Assembly: GCA_965637545.1 (NCBI GenBank)
Contig: OZ281500.1
Location: forward strand, 6,138,001 to 6,202,000
Source of the DNA: Phallusia mammillata
Taxonomy: Eukaryota
Direction of reading: 5' to 3'
DNA: 64,000 nt
The position numbers and the translations under genes are program-made. Positions within the stretch are counted from its first letter, which is position 1, and every line of letters starts with the position of its first letter. Of this stretch, positions 48,001 through 61,390 are shown piece by piece. The notes below the pieces were generated by a model. The model did no database searches, had not been told where the DNA came from, and saw only the letters and a list, made by a program, of their open reading frames with translations.

Positions 48001-51000
48001 GGTTCAGAAGGAATAGAGTGGTGCAACAAAATGGATAAGCTAGCTCTACATTAGCCTATATTTGTTCCTACATCGTCAACTATATAGGTTCTTCAGCCGA
48101 ATGAATCCTAGGCACACTCTTCACGCTAATTGTTAGCCGCTTAGCCTGTACTCCGCGCAGATCGTCGGTGGTCCTTGAGCGCTCGTTCCAATTCCAATAT
48201 TTGTCCTTCGAAGCTTCAGTAGGCGCGGCATCCCCATAGCCGGCGAACGACTGCTGCCTGAAATCGATTCGTTTCAATTGTTTTACCGTGTCAGAGCGAT
48301 TCTGTGCACTCGGAATGACGAGCGTCTCGCGCGTTTTATTGCTTTTTGCGAGATTAAACTAGAGAGCTTGGAGCACGTGGGTTGTATATCTTCCTGTCTA
48401 ATCGACTCGAGTCGTCGGACATCCGAAATTGTGATGAGCCTTCTTGACGATTTCTGTTAGTAATTGCCCCCCCCCCAATCTGTGTTTAAGTATGCCAAAA
48501 TATTGTTTTAACCCACCGTGCCAATAAAACCACTTGTGGATATTAAATATGTTTATTTAATTGTCCCCCATTTTCGATTGTCCTTGATAAAAATATTTTG
48601 ATGTGCTGTTTTTGCATCTAATTTTAGTTCACAGCATAAATGCTAGCGTCAAAACTACTGTAACAAAACGTGCATTTGATATTATTGTGTAGCACTTCAG
48701 CTAAAATGCTCGTACGAAACCGATACCTGCGTTAACGTACAAAAGTGTTTGTGGGCGGTTGAAATAATTAAGGAGCTACTTCAGTGAGTCGTGTTCGAAT
48801 TCACAAACTTTTGATACAAGCAGCAGGGCGGCATTCACCTTTTAAGTGATCCGTTAAATTTAGGCACCTTATTTTCCCACTACACTAGCCACGCTAGGGT
48901 AACGTTGCTGAGGTGTCAAAACACATCGACGAGGGTAAATTGTGTTGCTGTATTGATGTGCAACCGCCGAGCTCCATGAACATACTGTATAAAATATTTA
49001 CGAGTGTTATGTGATTTGCTGTACAGTTAGTTAGTGGGCTGGTTTTACATTCTTTCTATTTAGGCTTACATGAGTATTGCATTGGTGCTCTTAGCACGTA
49101 TGGATGTGTGCCTAAGTCTGTTTGTACTTCCCTGGTTATGGCAATGCGCTTTAATTTGGAGAGAATAAAATCATAGCTGACAATACACAGGGTGTACTAT
49201 GCGCACACGCCAATCGTCACCATATTTGTAAAACTGGCGCCTCTTGATTAAACCACGCGTCGTACATACACCCATGCAATTCCCATCACTTGATACATAC
49301 ATGAAAGGCCTCCCAAGGGTGTAGCCTTCAATACATGCACTCCTTTTGCTGAAGCTGAAGACTCGACCTTAGGCCGCTTTACAACCTTTCAACGTGTTGA
49401 CCATTTCTTGCCTTTAGTCGGAACAGTCGGCGGTTTCACGCCTTGCCACGCGACCCTTAACGTTTGTCACATATTGCTTTTAAGTTTGTGCGACGCAGTG
49501 GCCTTGCGGAGACCTTTGCGTGTGTAACAGGTTGTTTCAAGTCGTGGGAAAGTTGTTGTGGTGCTACAGCCACTACGATTTATCGTATTGTTGCCTTCAT
49601 GCTTTTGGTTTTTGACTGGGGGCTCTGTTTCCGTTCAAAACAAAGCTTTGTTCGCCATTGTAAAGATGGTCGTACGGTGCTAACACTTTAACCATACTCG
49701 GTTTGACGTCCTGATTTTCATTTGTTGGAAAACTATGCATGTAAACCAAGTTGCTAGCTTGTGTCAAAACATGATTTTGGCAGCGTTTTGTTATGTGGTG
49801 TAACAGTGCATATACCAAAGGTGGCAAAACGCCAAATGCCAGCGCAAAACTCGTGTTCACCTCAAACTTTCGCATGTTGCCTGACCTATGCTTCCTCCGC
49901 CGCGAGGCCACTTTTCTTGCATTGGGTTAAACTGAAAGTCGGGGTCCGGTGGGTTTTGGCAACAAGCAACGGAGGGCGGCTCTCGTATCGACCTTAGACG
50001 CTATCGGACAGGCGATCTAAACTGAGAGTTTATTTAGCCCCGTCGATGAATTCCAGCGCCTTGACCGAAGCTTCGAGAAGCCAAAATCTGTCGTCGACGA
50101 AGATCGCATTGCGAGGTCTATGCAAACATGCCTTGCCTGGCCGCGAGCAACAGGCGGTGGGGTTGAGAAAACCCGTGGGAACTCGTTTTATCGTTAACGC
50201 TCGTCTCCGTCTTTGCGTATGATGCATTAACTATCTCCTACCGCACGGCCTCCCTTGCCAGTGTATCGTCAACTTAACGAGGCGAGACCCTGACGGTTTC
50301 ACCGACAAAACCCGCCGCTATTTCCTACGTGTGTTCATTACGTCACGCAGCTGGGTCGGATTTTAGGCTGTGGTATGGGCTGATTGAATGGCTACACTTT
50401 GTATTTGTTGCGCCAATGCAATTGGATATTTAAATGGATGCCGAGCCCTGCCCTCGTGCGTGCAGGAGGTTAAAGGCAAGGCTGAGGAAATGCCACCTTA
50501 ATTAGGTTTAACGATAAACTCCAGTCTTTTAACACATGAGTTTTCGTCACATTCTTAACGTACGCTACAAGTTTCTTGGTCAACTGTACAGAATTGATAT
50601 TAGGCTTTGTTCATAGCGACGTTTTATGTTTAGTAGAGACTGTCGCGGGGGATTGGAGCATTTCATAACCGCACGTATTATCACACAAAAGGGCGTCGCG
50701 CGTCAGGCCACTCCAGATTTTCCGCTTTATTACATTTCAAGCGTGTTTTTCCAAACATCTCTCCACCGTCGCATTGCTGAAGCTCTTGAGTTGTATTTTG
50801 CTTGAGACACTTATATCAAGAAGGTTTTCCTGCCGATGACTTCTTGTTGTTACAGCGTCCACCCCCATCCGCATAAGCAGCGCCGTGTTTGGCTTGGCAG
50901 CATTTGTGTATTCGCCTTGGAGTTATGGCCATGGTCGTTTGTTGCGATAAAGTCGAAAATTGCCAGCTCGGGTTTGACATTACATATAATTGCTATTTTT

Positions 51001-53050
51001 GTGCTTTAGGTCCGTACACAGCAATTAATAGATTCCTTAAATTCCATTGCATCCTATTTAATTGAACGTGCTCATGAATGATGGCATTTTGTCTGTGACT
51101 ATATTTGTAGCTGGTGATAAGTAGTCAAATCAACAACTAAAGTCGATGGAGGCCGCTCAGAAACCAATAATGAATACGCCATTTATTTCGCTCGCATAAC
51201 CCATGCAAATGGGTTTGATGTATACTGTACACAATTTACCCGGCCAAGACCTTTCAAGTTTTCAGCTTGGCATGTGTTTTGTGCTCAACCGATACTGTGT
51301 GTTATAAGCTTTTTCCAAAAAGGCCTTCAAAAACAATGCAAGCAGTAAAAGAAGATGGTTTTTTAATGCGGTTTGGCCTCGGTCCTGTGGCACTTTGATT
51401 GTTTGCCTATACAAGACATCTTATCGTCACGCGCTATTACGGTAATGGAGAAGAGCTGGGTACGACGGTGGGACCTAGTTTTCTCTGTTTAGGCAACACA
51501 ATTTTTTCTTCGCTCTCTTACGTTACCAATGTGCGGACGACACATAAAGCAAACTTTCCAAACTGTAACAATGCTCTATGCAACATTCTGTTATTTTAGG
51601 TTAAGAAAAAAAAACAGCGCTCTTGGTAATCGATCACCTGCTACGCGGTTTGTAAGACGTTCACCGCTAATTTCATGCACTAAAGTCTGGGTATTTGGTC
51701 CATGTTCTGTGCCCCATCCGCGGAACGAACTTTCTTTGCCTAAAATCGGTCCTCCAAACCACAAAGTTTCGTCGCTTGGGTGCAACGATCCCCATTGCGG
51801 TCAATTGTTTGTTGTTTTGACATCAGAGAGGGTCGGGAAATAACAACTCATAAACAAGACATACAGTGCGTTTGCGTGCAGTTCTGATGTTTTTGGGAGG
51901 CCGCTAATAAATTGCCCACGGCCACAACGGGGAGCGTTTGTTTAAGGTGTCAAGTCGGTGTCCTGCTGATGTAGAAACACTAGTAACATGGTTACGACTA
52001 TCACACTTCTATTGTTATACAATTGTGTACAAACAATTTCATGTCAGCTTGACGGATTGGTATAATCGTTTATATGTGACCAAGAGCGTGTGAACTGAAC
52101 CCCATACGACCGAGAAACGTTCGTTAACTTTTACGGTTACGACAGGGCCCATTAACCAATGTTTTTTCGTATTGGTTCACAACAACACAGCGCAATACAC
52201 AACGGTATGTGCACTTTACTTCCAGATAAGGCAAATTTACTGAACGTTAGTAGGTCATTCGTAATACACTTGTAATATGAATTTTGGTTTTATATTTGGA
52301 CCTATACGGTGGACAGCACATATATGGAACCTATACTAGAACGTAATTGGATAATTATTGAAGTGTGGTCAGCATGTACGCAGATTGGACGATACAGAAC
52401 GATGCGCCTATTACAAGCACTTGGCGGAGATTTGCGTATGTAAACACATAACCTTGCCTAATTGCCACCTAGCACAGAAGACTTAATCATAGCACAACGA
52501 ACTGGACTTTCCTGGCAATTTTCTCTGCCTGTCGCGCCGATATCGTAAGCCGTACCACTTGTTCACCTGTAATTGCTTCACCATCAAGTGTGCTACAAAT
52601 GGATCAGGATGTTAAGGCTTAGGTTGGATTTGTACTGTGGGTTGAGGATCATTTCAGTACAAGCCAAGATTGGTGTGCATCGATTGCCACATCGTATTCA
52701 ATTCCCAATCAAGAAATCCCATATGGGAAAAATCAGCCGTTAAAGCAATAAATGGTAGTTGTTTATAAACCACACAAGTTTCTAATGTATTTATCGTTTT
52801 AGTCATAAGTATTGTGGTCTTGTTGCGGTAAGATTGTGGCATCACATAGTAAAACCGCCCTCATCTTATTCCTGGGCGAGACCACTATGTCTCATTTTCA
52901 CTCATTGTGATTTCACGCCGTTTTGTGGCCGAAGCTGATCGCATTAGTTCCGCGTCAAACCGAGTCCCGTACCGACCACAGAACTTATCACAACCGACTG
53001 TAAAAAGCCGCACAATCTTCCATATAAACATGAGTCACCTCTCCCTAAAC

Positions 53051-53588
53051 CAGTGGTTCTTAACCCTTTTGGTGTGGTTTCCCACTAAAGTAAATCACCA
53101 AGTCCGAATTTCCCACTCTGTTATTTTTATAATCATGTTTTGTGTCCAACAAAAAATGATTCTTTAATCAAAATAATTTTGTGAAGCGATTTGGTCGGCA
53201 CCTTAAAGGTATACTGAAATCTTATTTAGTGATTTCGTGGGTAAGTAAAATTGTGTGGGATTTTGAAAAATCTCATGTGCTTGCAACAGTCATTTATCGC
53301 ACCACAATCAACAGACCAAATGCATTTATTCGCAAACAATAACAAAGTCATTGATGCTTTTAGTAATGTCTGTGACGTAACAAACGATTTTTGGATTTTT
53401 ATGCGCCTTGTAAAACTAGGTGAAGTTAATCTTACATGTTGTTGCGGAAAATATTGTATTCAATTAACTTTCAATGGTTGATTTCAACCCACGGGCCCGA
53501 GTTTGGTGACTTCTGACTCACATAATTTCTCTCTAAAAACAGTAAATTTCCCACTAGTGGGAAATTTCCCACCGGTTAAGAACCACTG
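53051..53588. mobile_element. hAT Charlie/Buster-like MITE (538 bp) in Dachsous intron 7
   Basis: Perfect 15-bp TIR CAGTGGTTCTTAACC / GGTTAAGAACCACTG; perfect TSD CCCTAAAC (53043-53050, 53589-53596). Confidence 0.95.
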
Positions 53589-55038
53589 CCCTAAACTGTG
53601 GGACGAAATTCGCAAGGACATCGGGACGCCTTCGCGCCTTCCAATCCCGAACTGTTTGTTTGTGTAGCCAGAGCCAGCCGCGCGGCTAAGGCGAGTGGCA
53701 AACACTTGGCGCTAATAATCAGCCACTCGTTACAACCGCAACTTGTAACAATGTTGCAAGTGCGGATGGGAATTGGCCAGAGAGGTTCGGCGCTCTGTAC
53801 TTGGCTCTGTCGCTTTACACTTGTTCTTGTGATTAGGTAAAGTTGCGCCCTTTTGTCGCGAATCACAATGCACTTGTAGATTTGTCTCGGTGTGACTAAA
53901 CTCTGGCGCCTGAGATGAGTGAAAAACATCCGATGTGGGATTGTTTTTAGATTACACGATGTATAATTGTTTTTTTCCATCGTCGAAACACCCCAAAAGA
54001 AACAAAGTTAAAACAGTAACAAAGGCAATTTGAACAGTGCGAAGAATATTCTACATTACTGATTGTTTTTTTTTCACACTAAACAATTTTCCCAAAAAAT
54101 ATTTCGCTGTGTATAACACTATTTTATGCAAACTGGCTATGTTTTTGTATCGAGTACAAACAAAGTATTAACAAACGTTGCAACTTTGTGACCTTAAAAA
54201 AGAACATTCTCTCGATTTGCCAGCCTGTAAATTGTGTATTGTAGTTTACTTCTATATAAAGCACAAGCATTGTTAACCTTCAACACAAAGTTTTACACCG
54301 TAGCATGTAAATACTGTTAAAAGCATTGAGCCATTTAGTTAGATCGCTCAACACCATTAGCAAAGTGTACAACGAAGTTTATGACTCTACTTCGTTGTTG
54401 CGCTTTTGTGATTTCGCTTTGATGCGCCGTGAGCAAATGGCTTTAATGTGCCGACTCCAATGGGTTATTCGCTAAAACATTAAATCGTGACAATCACAGT
54501 CTCTAAGGCTTTCCAGAGACCCCGCTGTGATATGAGAAGTGGCCGAAAATTCCGCAAGCAAAAATCATAAAACGCCTTTTAAACCGAACTCATCGTGTGC
54601 GGGAAAAGGCCCTCGAAACTCAACGGTCCACGGGCCTTCGCTTTCCGCCAGGCGAAGGCAGAACAGCTGAAGAGTTTTCATGGAGGGCTCTCCACTCCAC
54701 ATTATTAGCCTTGCGTGGTCATCGCTTCCATTTTGCAGCTTTGACGAGTGGCTCAGGAGCTTGGTAATACTTTTCATTCGCTCTTTATATTGTTTCCGCC
54801 TTGGTGACTTCCCGCCCCCAGGGACTCGTTATGGATGTGAAAAGGGTTTTGTCCGAAGGCTGAAAATTATATGTTCCACAATACCTTTGTTGAGCTGTCA
54901 GAAGTGTTTGGATTTTAATGAAATAGGAACCGTTTAGAACGTATGGCATTTCCTTTCCCACAATAAATAGCTACCTTGGCCAGAAATTTTTCTCCAATAT
55001 ACTTTTATTTTTTATCGTTTGCGTGGAATAGTTTCCAT

Positions 55039-55170
55039 TAACGAGATACAAACAAGCCAATAAGTTCATGTAGAATATGACGTTTCGACGGTAACTTAAA
55101 ACATTTTCAAATGAAAGTTGCTGTCAAAAAGTCATGTTCTATGTAATAAATTGGCTTGTTTTTCTCGTTA
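55039..55170. repeat. 132-bp imperfect foldback (inverted repeat)
   Basis: TAACGAGA..AAACAAGCCAAT...ATGAC...GACGGTAACTT pairs with AAGTTGCTGTC...GTCAT...ATTGGCTTGTTT..TCTCGTTA around a short loop. Confidence 0.75.
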
Positions 55171-58100
55171 GAATCTTTAAAATCGTGAATTGTGTACCTA
55201 AGTTCCCATAAAAGTTTTACCTTTTTGTTACTTGTACATATTTCGTTAAAAACACTCGACTAAATGCCCGTTCTTCGAGTCTAAAAAACAGAAATGTCTA
55301 GAAAGCACAGTTAATATATTAACGATCTAAGAAGAGCAAACTTTTCTGGTGTTGCGTATTATGACATACGTCGCTTTTCATTTGGGACAAAAGGAACAAC
55401 CCACTCAAACATTACGCCTGACTCATCTATTGGTGATCAAAACAATCTTGCGCCAGCACTTACAATGTACGCGCTACGTTGTGTCCGATTACTGGAATTC
55501 ACTTTTGTTCGGAGCACTTTGCTAACATGACATACCAATGCGTAATCCAAAACCGAAATGTTGAGTCAATCAACTTGCTATGAACACGCATATAAGTGAT
55601 AAGTCGCTAGGGAAATTCGTTGTGTATTTTTGGTCAGTACGTCTCCATTTCCGGCTTTTACTTCGCCGCGATGCAGGTGTAAGTTTTTCTGAACTTTTGA
55701 TGTCCAATTTGGCCCTGAGGCTCGGAAAAGCACCGATGATTCGCGCAATTTGCAAGCTGTTTTTGGCCAATTTTGGTCGCGCAATATGTTGCTTTTTTCC
55801 GCCGCAACCGAGCTTATGCTCTATATTAACTTGTGCGGGTTTTCTCGCGAAAATATTGTGCATTTAAAAAGAACAATTCACGAAGCAACAGTGCTTCCTA
55901 ATCAGAATTAGTCAAAAAGTAGTGTTTAACGATATATATTTATCCCATTACACACATAATCAGTGATCATCGACTTATGATGCCTACAATATTTGCGGGA
56001 AAGGTCCTGTAACAAACACTAAATGTGTCTTCAAAAATGGAACATTTTCAATGATGTGATTCAACTTGAAAAAAAAATGCTTTTGCAGCATGCACTTTCA
56101 AAACGATGGAAATTTGATGTCCAATGTCATTTAGCTATTACAAACCGGATTGTGTCACAAGATTTTGTGATGCAACCCACATGATGTGCTTAAATCTATT
56201 ACGACAAGTCTTAAAATCGCATTAGCGGCCACCGGACTGACATTCCAACTCAGATTAAAGCGAATCTCTTGGAAGGCCGTTGTCGGCGATTTCTCTGAAG
56301 CGAACATCACGTGACATCACCGCATGACAATGCCCGGGCGATCCTGATCCAAGCGATGAAGTTTAGTAAACCTTTGCATTCCGCTATGTTGAATGGGGGA
56401 GCTGCGAGCACAAACGGCGGGCCCGAGTGGTGTACACAGCGGCGGACGCGTCCTTCCGTGCCTGTCGTGTTTTGTTGATAGTGTGTCGTTTTTCGTTCAT
56501 TGTCCTGCCGCGCGTCCTTTTTTAAATCCCACAAGAGATGCCTTCAGGACGCCTGTCGCAACTTAGAAACGGCAAATGTTACAGTTTGCGATGAGAGAGA
56601 TGGAATCCAAAAAATCTGAAACTATATAACACGTTAAACTTTCAATGAATCAACAGCCATGCTCGGGATATGCCCACGAATTGTTACTTTGATGTATCAT
56701 TAAAAATTATTATCACACAAATTAAGTGGTTTTCACACGATAGAGGAACTCAAAGCGAACGTGTTAAAGTATAGGAGGCCGATATAAGTTAAACTAGCAA
56801 ACTAGCAAACAAACCAATAGTTCTGTTGTTTATTATGCGTCGAAAAAGTGTATTTGAGCACTTAACAAACGGATTTAGCTTAGACGTTGATTAGGCATAT
56901 ATTGAGCGATTATACGATTGTGCCAGTCTGTACGTTGACCTGAACGAATTTATACGGTTCTTGCGCTCTTTTACCGCATGGCAATGCACCAGGCAGTTAT
57001 ACCTCGCAACTCAAACCCACATCCCGGCAATTTTCTCTTGTGGCCATATACCTATGTCATGCGCGGTTTGATCTCATCGAAAATATCAGTATAACAAAGC
57101 ATGTGGTGGCAGCGGCTGTTATGCAACTTTGTTCTGCTTTCTCACAGGTCCTTGGCCATCGGCCTGCATAATTTTTGTTAAGTCACGGAATGTAGTAATT
57201 AGAGTGACTGGATGCTAGACCACATATGCACGTAAACACTACTTTGAGCTTTTGCATGTTGCGGTTTATTCAAAGCAATTATTTGGCTGCAGAAACAGAT
57301 GGCTAAACCAGAAATATCTTTAAAAAACATGGTCCTGTCCAGTTTGACGTTTAAAACCGGAAGGCTTTGAACACTACGTTTAGCCAATCGACTTTTAAAC
57401 CTTAAAACCAAAGTGCACCTGTCTATATATACTTGTAGGCATTCATTTTTGATGAACAAAGTTAAAAAGTGTCATCATTTCAAACAGTACAACGCTACTC
57501 TTTTGATTAAAAACTCTTGGACCAAGACGAGTAATAAATATTTCTGATGTGACCCTTCATATCACTGATGATGGCATGAGCATTTGCTGAAACGTTTGAA
57601 CAATTAAGTATGTCGCTTTTACGTCTATTGGGACCGTTATTTTCATCATTAAACTGAATAGATCCGTACATAGTGTTCCAGAATACTTATTATTATTGGT
57701 TCCTCATTTCAAATGTTTGGTTGAGCTGAAATACGTGTTTTTACTTGTATTGCGTAGGTTCAAATGCAAAGGTAAAATGTTAAGAAAGTTTGGGCTTCCA
57801 TTCTTTTCAAGGTCGCTTTGTATTTGATTAATTGTTTAGCTTATAGTCTATATTGTGGCAGCTGCTTGCTATGTACACTCATGTGAGTGGTCGCTGAGAG
57901 ACGGAAACATCACTGACAATCGTCTGTTGATTTTGCTTTCAACCACAGTCATTCCTGTCGCATGTCAAGTATTCAGTTGAGCCTTGCCCCATTCGTCTTG
58001 TATCAACCGGTCGGGCGTTGACGTTCGCCTTTCCTTGTACGAGGCTTATTGCTATAGATGTCTTGTCCCGGTTGCGTGGTAAACTCTTACCCACATGAAG

Positions 58101-60554
58101 ATAAACTAAATCCGACTAAACCAACATTAGCTAAGTTGCGAGGAAACTGGCTTCTCTCAAAATAATCGAAAACCCTTATTTGACCATTCACCACATAAAA
58201 ACATTTTTCCAACAAATAGTTCATCCTTAATAGGTGCTTTGCGTGGAATTGCAGCGACGTGCAAATCGCTTTGCAAGCTGCTGTGTGGTTATATTCGTAA
58301 TTTGGCGCCCCAACTTGTCAAAGGAAATCCCCTAGCATCAGGAGTATTAACTTGACGACGTAATTTCAATGCTCAAGTTACCTAGGGCCCAAATTCAAGC
58401 AAAATTGCGCTCAGTAAAATGGACAAGCCAGAGCCTTTTTTCTTTATTCAACGCGTTGTGTTTTTTCGCTGGACCTTCCACCGTGACCTCTGACCCCCGG
58501 GCCATTGTTCGTCATCACGTTTGCGCGTTATCTTTCGTAGCATCAACTGGATCGTGAGCGCGCGCGGACCAAATCGTCCCAGGCCGACTTCCTAAATCGG
58601 ACGGCCGGGATTTCCACGCCCAGCGGCCGGGTTTAAGTTGGAAATCGGCGAGCTTCGTCCATCCGTAGCGCCCAGGCCTCTGGCACAAGCAGCAAATCGT
58701 CATATGTTGTTGTTGTATCGCTAGATCGGTTTAACATAGCGCCCAGGATTTACCGCGACTGATTTGATTGTGACGTCACCGTGCTCACTGTTGAACAGTT
58801 CTGCCTTGTGGCCTACGCCATTGTGTGCAGTCGCAGCCATTTTCCCAAACGATAAAATCATTGTGGTGTCAAATGGTGGGAAGACAATGGAAAAGCTTCT
58901 GGTTTGATTTCACCCGACCAGGAAGGGGTCGATGTTTTTCGGCGAGAATCTGACCTGCTTTTTCGGGCTCGGCCAACTTTTCTCAGCCCTTTCACGCGAT
59001 GTTTATTTTTCATTGGCAAGCTGTGTGACTTTCAGACGCAACCGTGCCAGAATATTATTTTTCACGCCAAATTTACCATGGCAAAACACGCCACAGTCAC
59101 GTGCACCGTGTAGTATAACATTATAACATCTGAACTTGTATTCTGGCACAGATTGTCTCATACAGTAATATACCCTATGTCTTGTCATTTGGAGGTGCTT
59201 AAGAGATTGGCTTGATTCAGTATGACGGCCTGGCGTACTATGATTTATATATAAGTAATAGCTGGTCTGCATAAATACTTTAGACATGATCCCGGTAGAG
59301 AAATATATCTTAATCTTACCATTGCATAAACTCAATTATGCCAAATAGCGTTAGGTTTATCAAAACCAACCGCTTTGAAGGCGTTTAACTTTCAAACCCA
59401 GCGGATGCCGGAAAAATTGCGCAAAGCGAACCCTTTGACTGATTTGTCATGGGCTGTTGTACTTCAGCATCCTAATAATCGCCCGTCCCACCCTTTCCAG
59501 CCGCTTGTCAGCTATCTGCCATCGCCTGCCAACCTTTAACTGCTGAGTGGAAGCCGGTCTAAATTAACGGCTTGCATTTCAAAGCATTCAGGCTTCACTT
59601 TCGTGCAAGCTGCGAACTGCAAGAGGTGTCCAATATCTCCGATGCTTGTTAACGCCAAGTGCCGATACTTGGGTTCCTGCTTTATTGACCCTTGCGGGGT
59701 CATGTTGGCGTAGTAGCGCTAGTAAATGGTCGTTGTTGCCGGTTTGCGCTCTGCTGTGAGCTTCGGCCTTTGAGAAGTAACTATTTTTGTACTTGGTAGC
59801 TATAAACAAAGAGTTTCGATCTATAGTTAGGTTGGTATTAAACTTGCTGCTTTAACTATGAACGCCCTTGTATGAAGGTTTTGTGTTGCTAGCATTGATA
59901 CCGATTTTCAAAACCCTGAAAAGGTGAGAGGTTACAATACTGGTTGAAATCGGCGATGACTGTTTCGCAATCCACTGCGCCCGGCGAGTTCACTCTATAA
60001 GCCGATTTCGAAGCTTTTAGTGATGTCTCCGATTGCCGGCCTTGTCATAAAATTCTCTGTCGTAATGCGCCCACCACACATTCACAAACGCACAAATGAC
60101 ATTGAACTAATGAATGGCGAAGGTCAGGAATTTATAGCATCTGCATTACACAGTGACGCGACATTTCTGACATTTTCTCATCAGCTGAAACGTGAGTGGA
60201 ACTACTAAATTTTTATAGGAACCTTACAGTACTACTGTTCACTAATAAAGTATTAAAAGGAGTTAAACTGACAAAGCGTTTAATGTTGTTGATATTTTGA
60301 AAACATTATTATCTTTCATTTTTTGGATTGTCACTATATTGCCGTTTTAGTTCTTACATAGTATATATGTGATAAGTCGAGAAGCCTGACTGCATAAGAG
60401 TTTCCAGACCACTGCCGACTTTTGAGCTCCCGTCGCAATTCGGAAACCCGACGTAGTAATTGTCGGAGCAAGCAATACATTTACCCGGCGAAGTGGCCGC
60501 GAATGTCTCAGACACGAATTAAGGGTCAGCACGCGAAATCAACGCTTGTCAGGT

Positions 60555-60779
60555 CAGATTTGTTAAGTCGAACCGGGCTTTTCAGGTCGGATTCGGTTTT
60601 GTGCCGGGTTCGGGTTAAGTTCTGATAAAACTGACTTCATTCCAGCCTGACATTACACTTGGCATAATTTTCGCCACCTTTTAGGTCTGATTCGGATTAC
60701 GTCTTTCGGGCCGAGATTTAGGCATGTGTTTAAGTTCGGGCTGGTTTTGGGTCCCACTTTTAGGCCGCTTACAACTCTG
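60555..60779. mobile_element. Degenerate MITE of a CAGAGTTGTAAGTCGG-ended family (relatives near 9913, 18015, 61706, 62740-62908)
   Basis: Right end CCGCTTACAACTCTG; TTCGGG/GGGCC-rich interior; TSDs not preserved. Confidence 0.5.
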
Positions 60780-61390
60780 TGGCTGACCCAGTCACAAGAA
60801 ACATTACATCATTAAAATCACTCAATGTCCACCTACGCACAGTGCAACAATGAGGCCGTAAAATAAACGACTCTTTTGACTGCAGCTGTTCATATCACGT
60901 AAATCCGAAAAATTGCTTTACTCAGTGATTCGTGAGTCAAAGTTGTTTGCTTGTAACTGGAGACATCGCGGAGTAGATTCCGGTACTGTCGTGTTGTTTT
61001 GCGAATGTCGTGCTTCGCCAGGTTATTTCCAGGCGTCGCCGGGTTTTAATACTTTGCACGCATGTCAAATTGCTCTGTGATTCCGATCTGTCTGATGCAT
61101 TTGGCTTGTGGAACATATACTGTGATTTCAAACTGAAAAACACAGATTAGATGGAAATTAGGGGTATTGAACTTTTTAGCAGCACGCGGGACGGTTTCTC
61201 TTCGGTTTTGTGGTCCAAACTGGCGTCTTGACGTCTTACGACCCGATGTAGGTTCTTTGAAAAGTATAATTTGAAAACGGAACCGATGTATTGTCAGTTA
61301 TTACCGTCAAAAAATTAGGGGTTCCAAGTTGTATTATGCTACTTTAACAGGTTTATTGGCAATAACACTTAAAGATCCATCATTTATCAG

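Larger units (their letters stand above)
45016..61390 (+). other. 16,375-bp Dachsous intron 7
   Basis: Donor CAG|GTATG at 45015/45016 and acceptor TATCAG|GTC at 61390/61391, phase 0. The join reads GTCFFQ-VRALDPD, completing EC6. Confidence 0.88.

Noticed and set aside
49543-50181. Two CGTGGGAA Su(H)/CSL sites as a Notch-responsive enhancer
   Set aside because: Two 8-mers about 630 bp apart in 16 kb are not clearly above chance without conservation data.
45498-61143. Nested gene in the large intron
   Set aside because: ORFs up to 160 aa lack recognisable domains, and no consistent exon chain was found. A non-coding transcript cannot be excluded.
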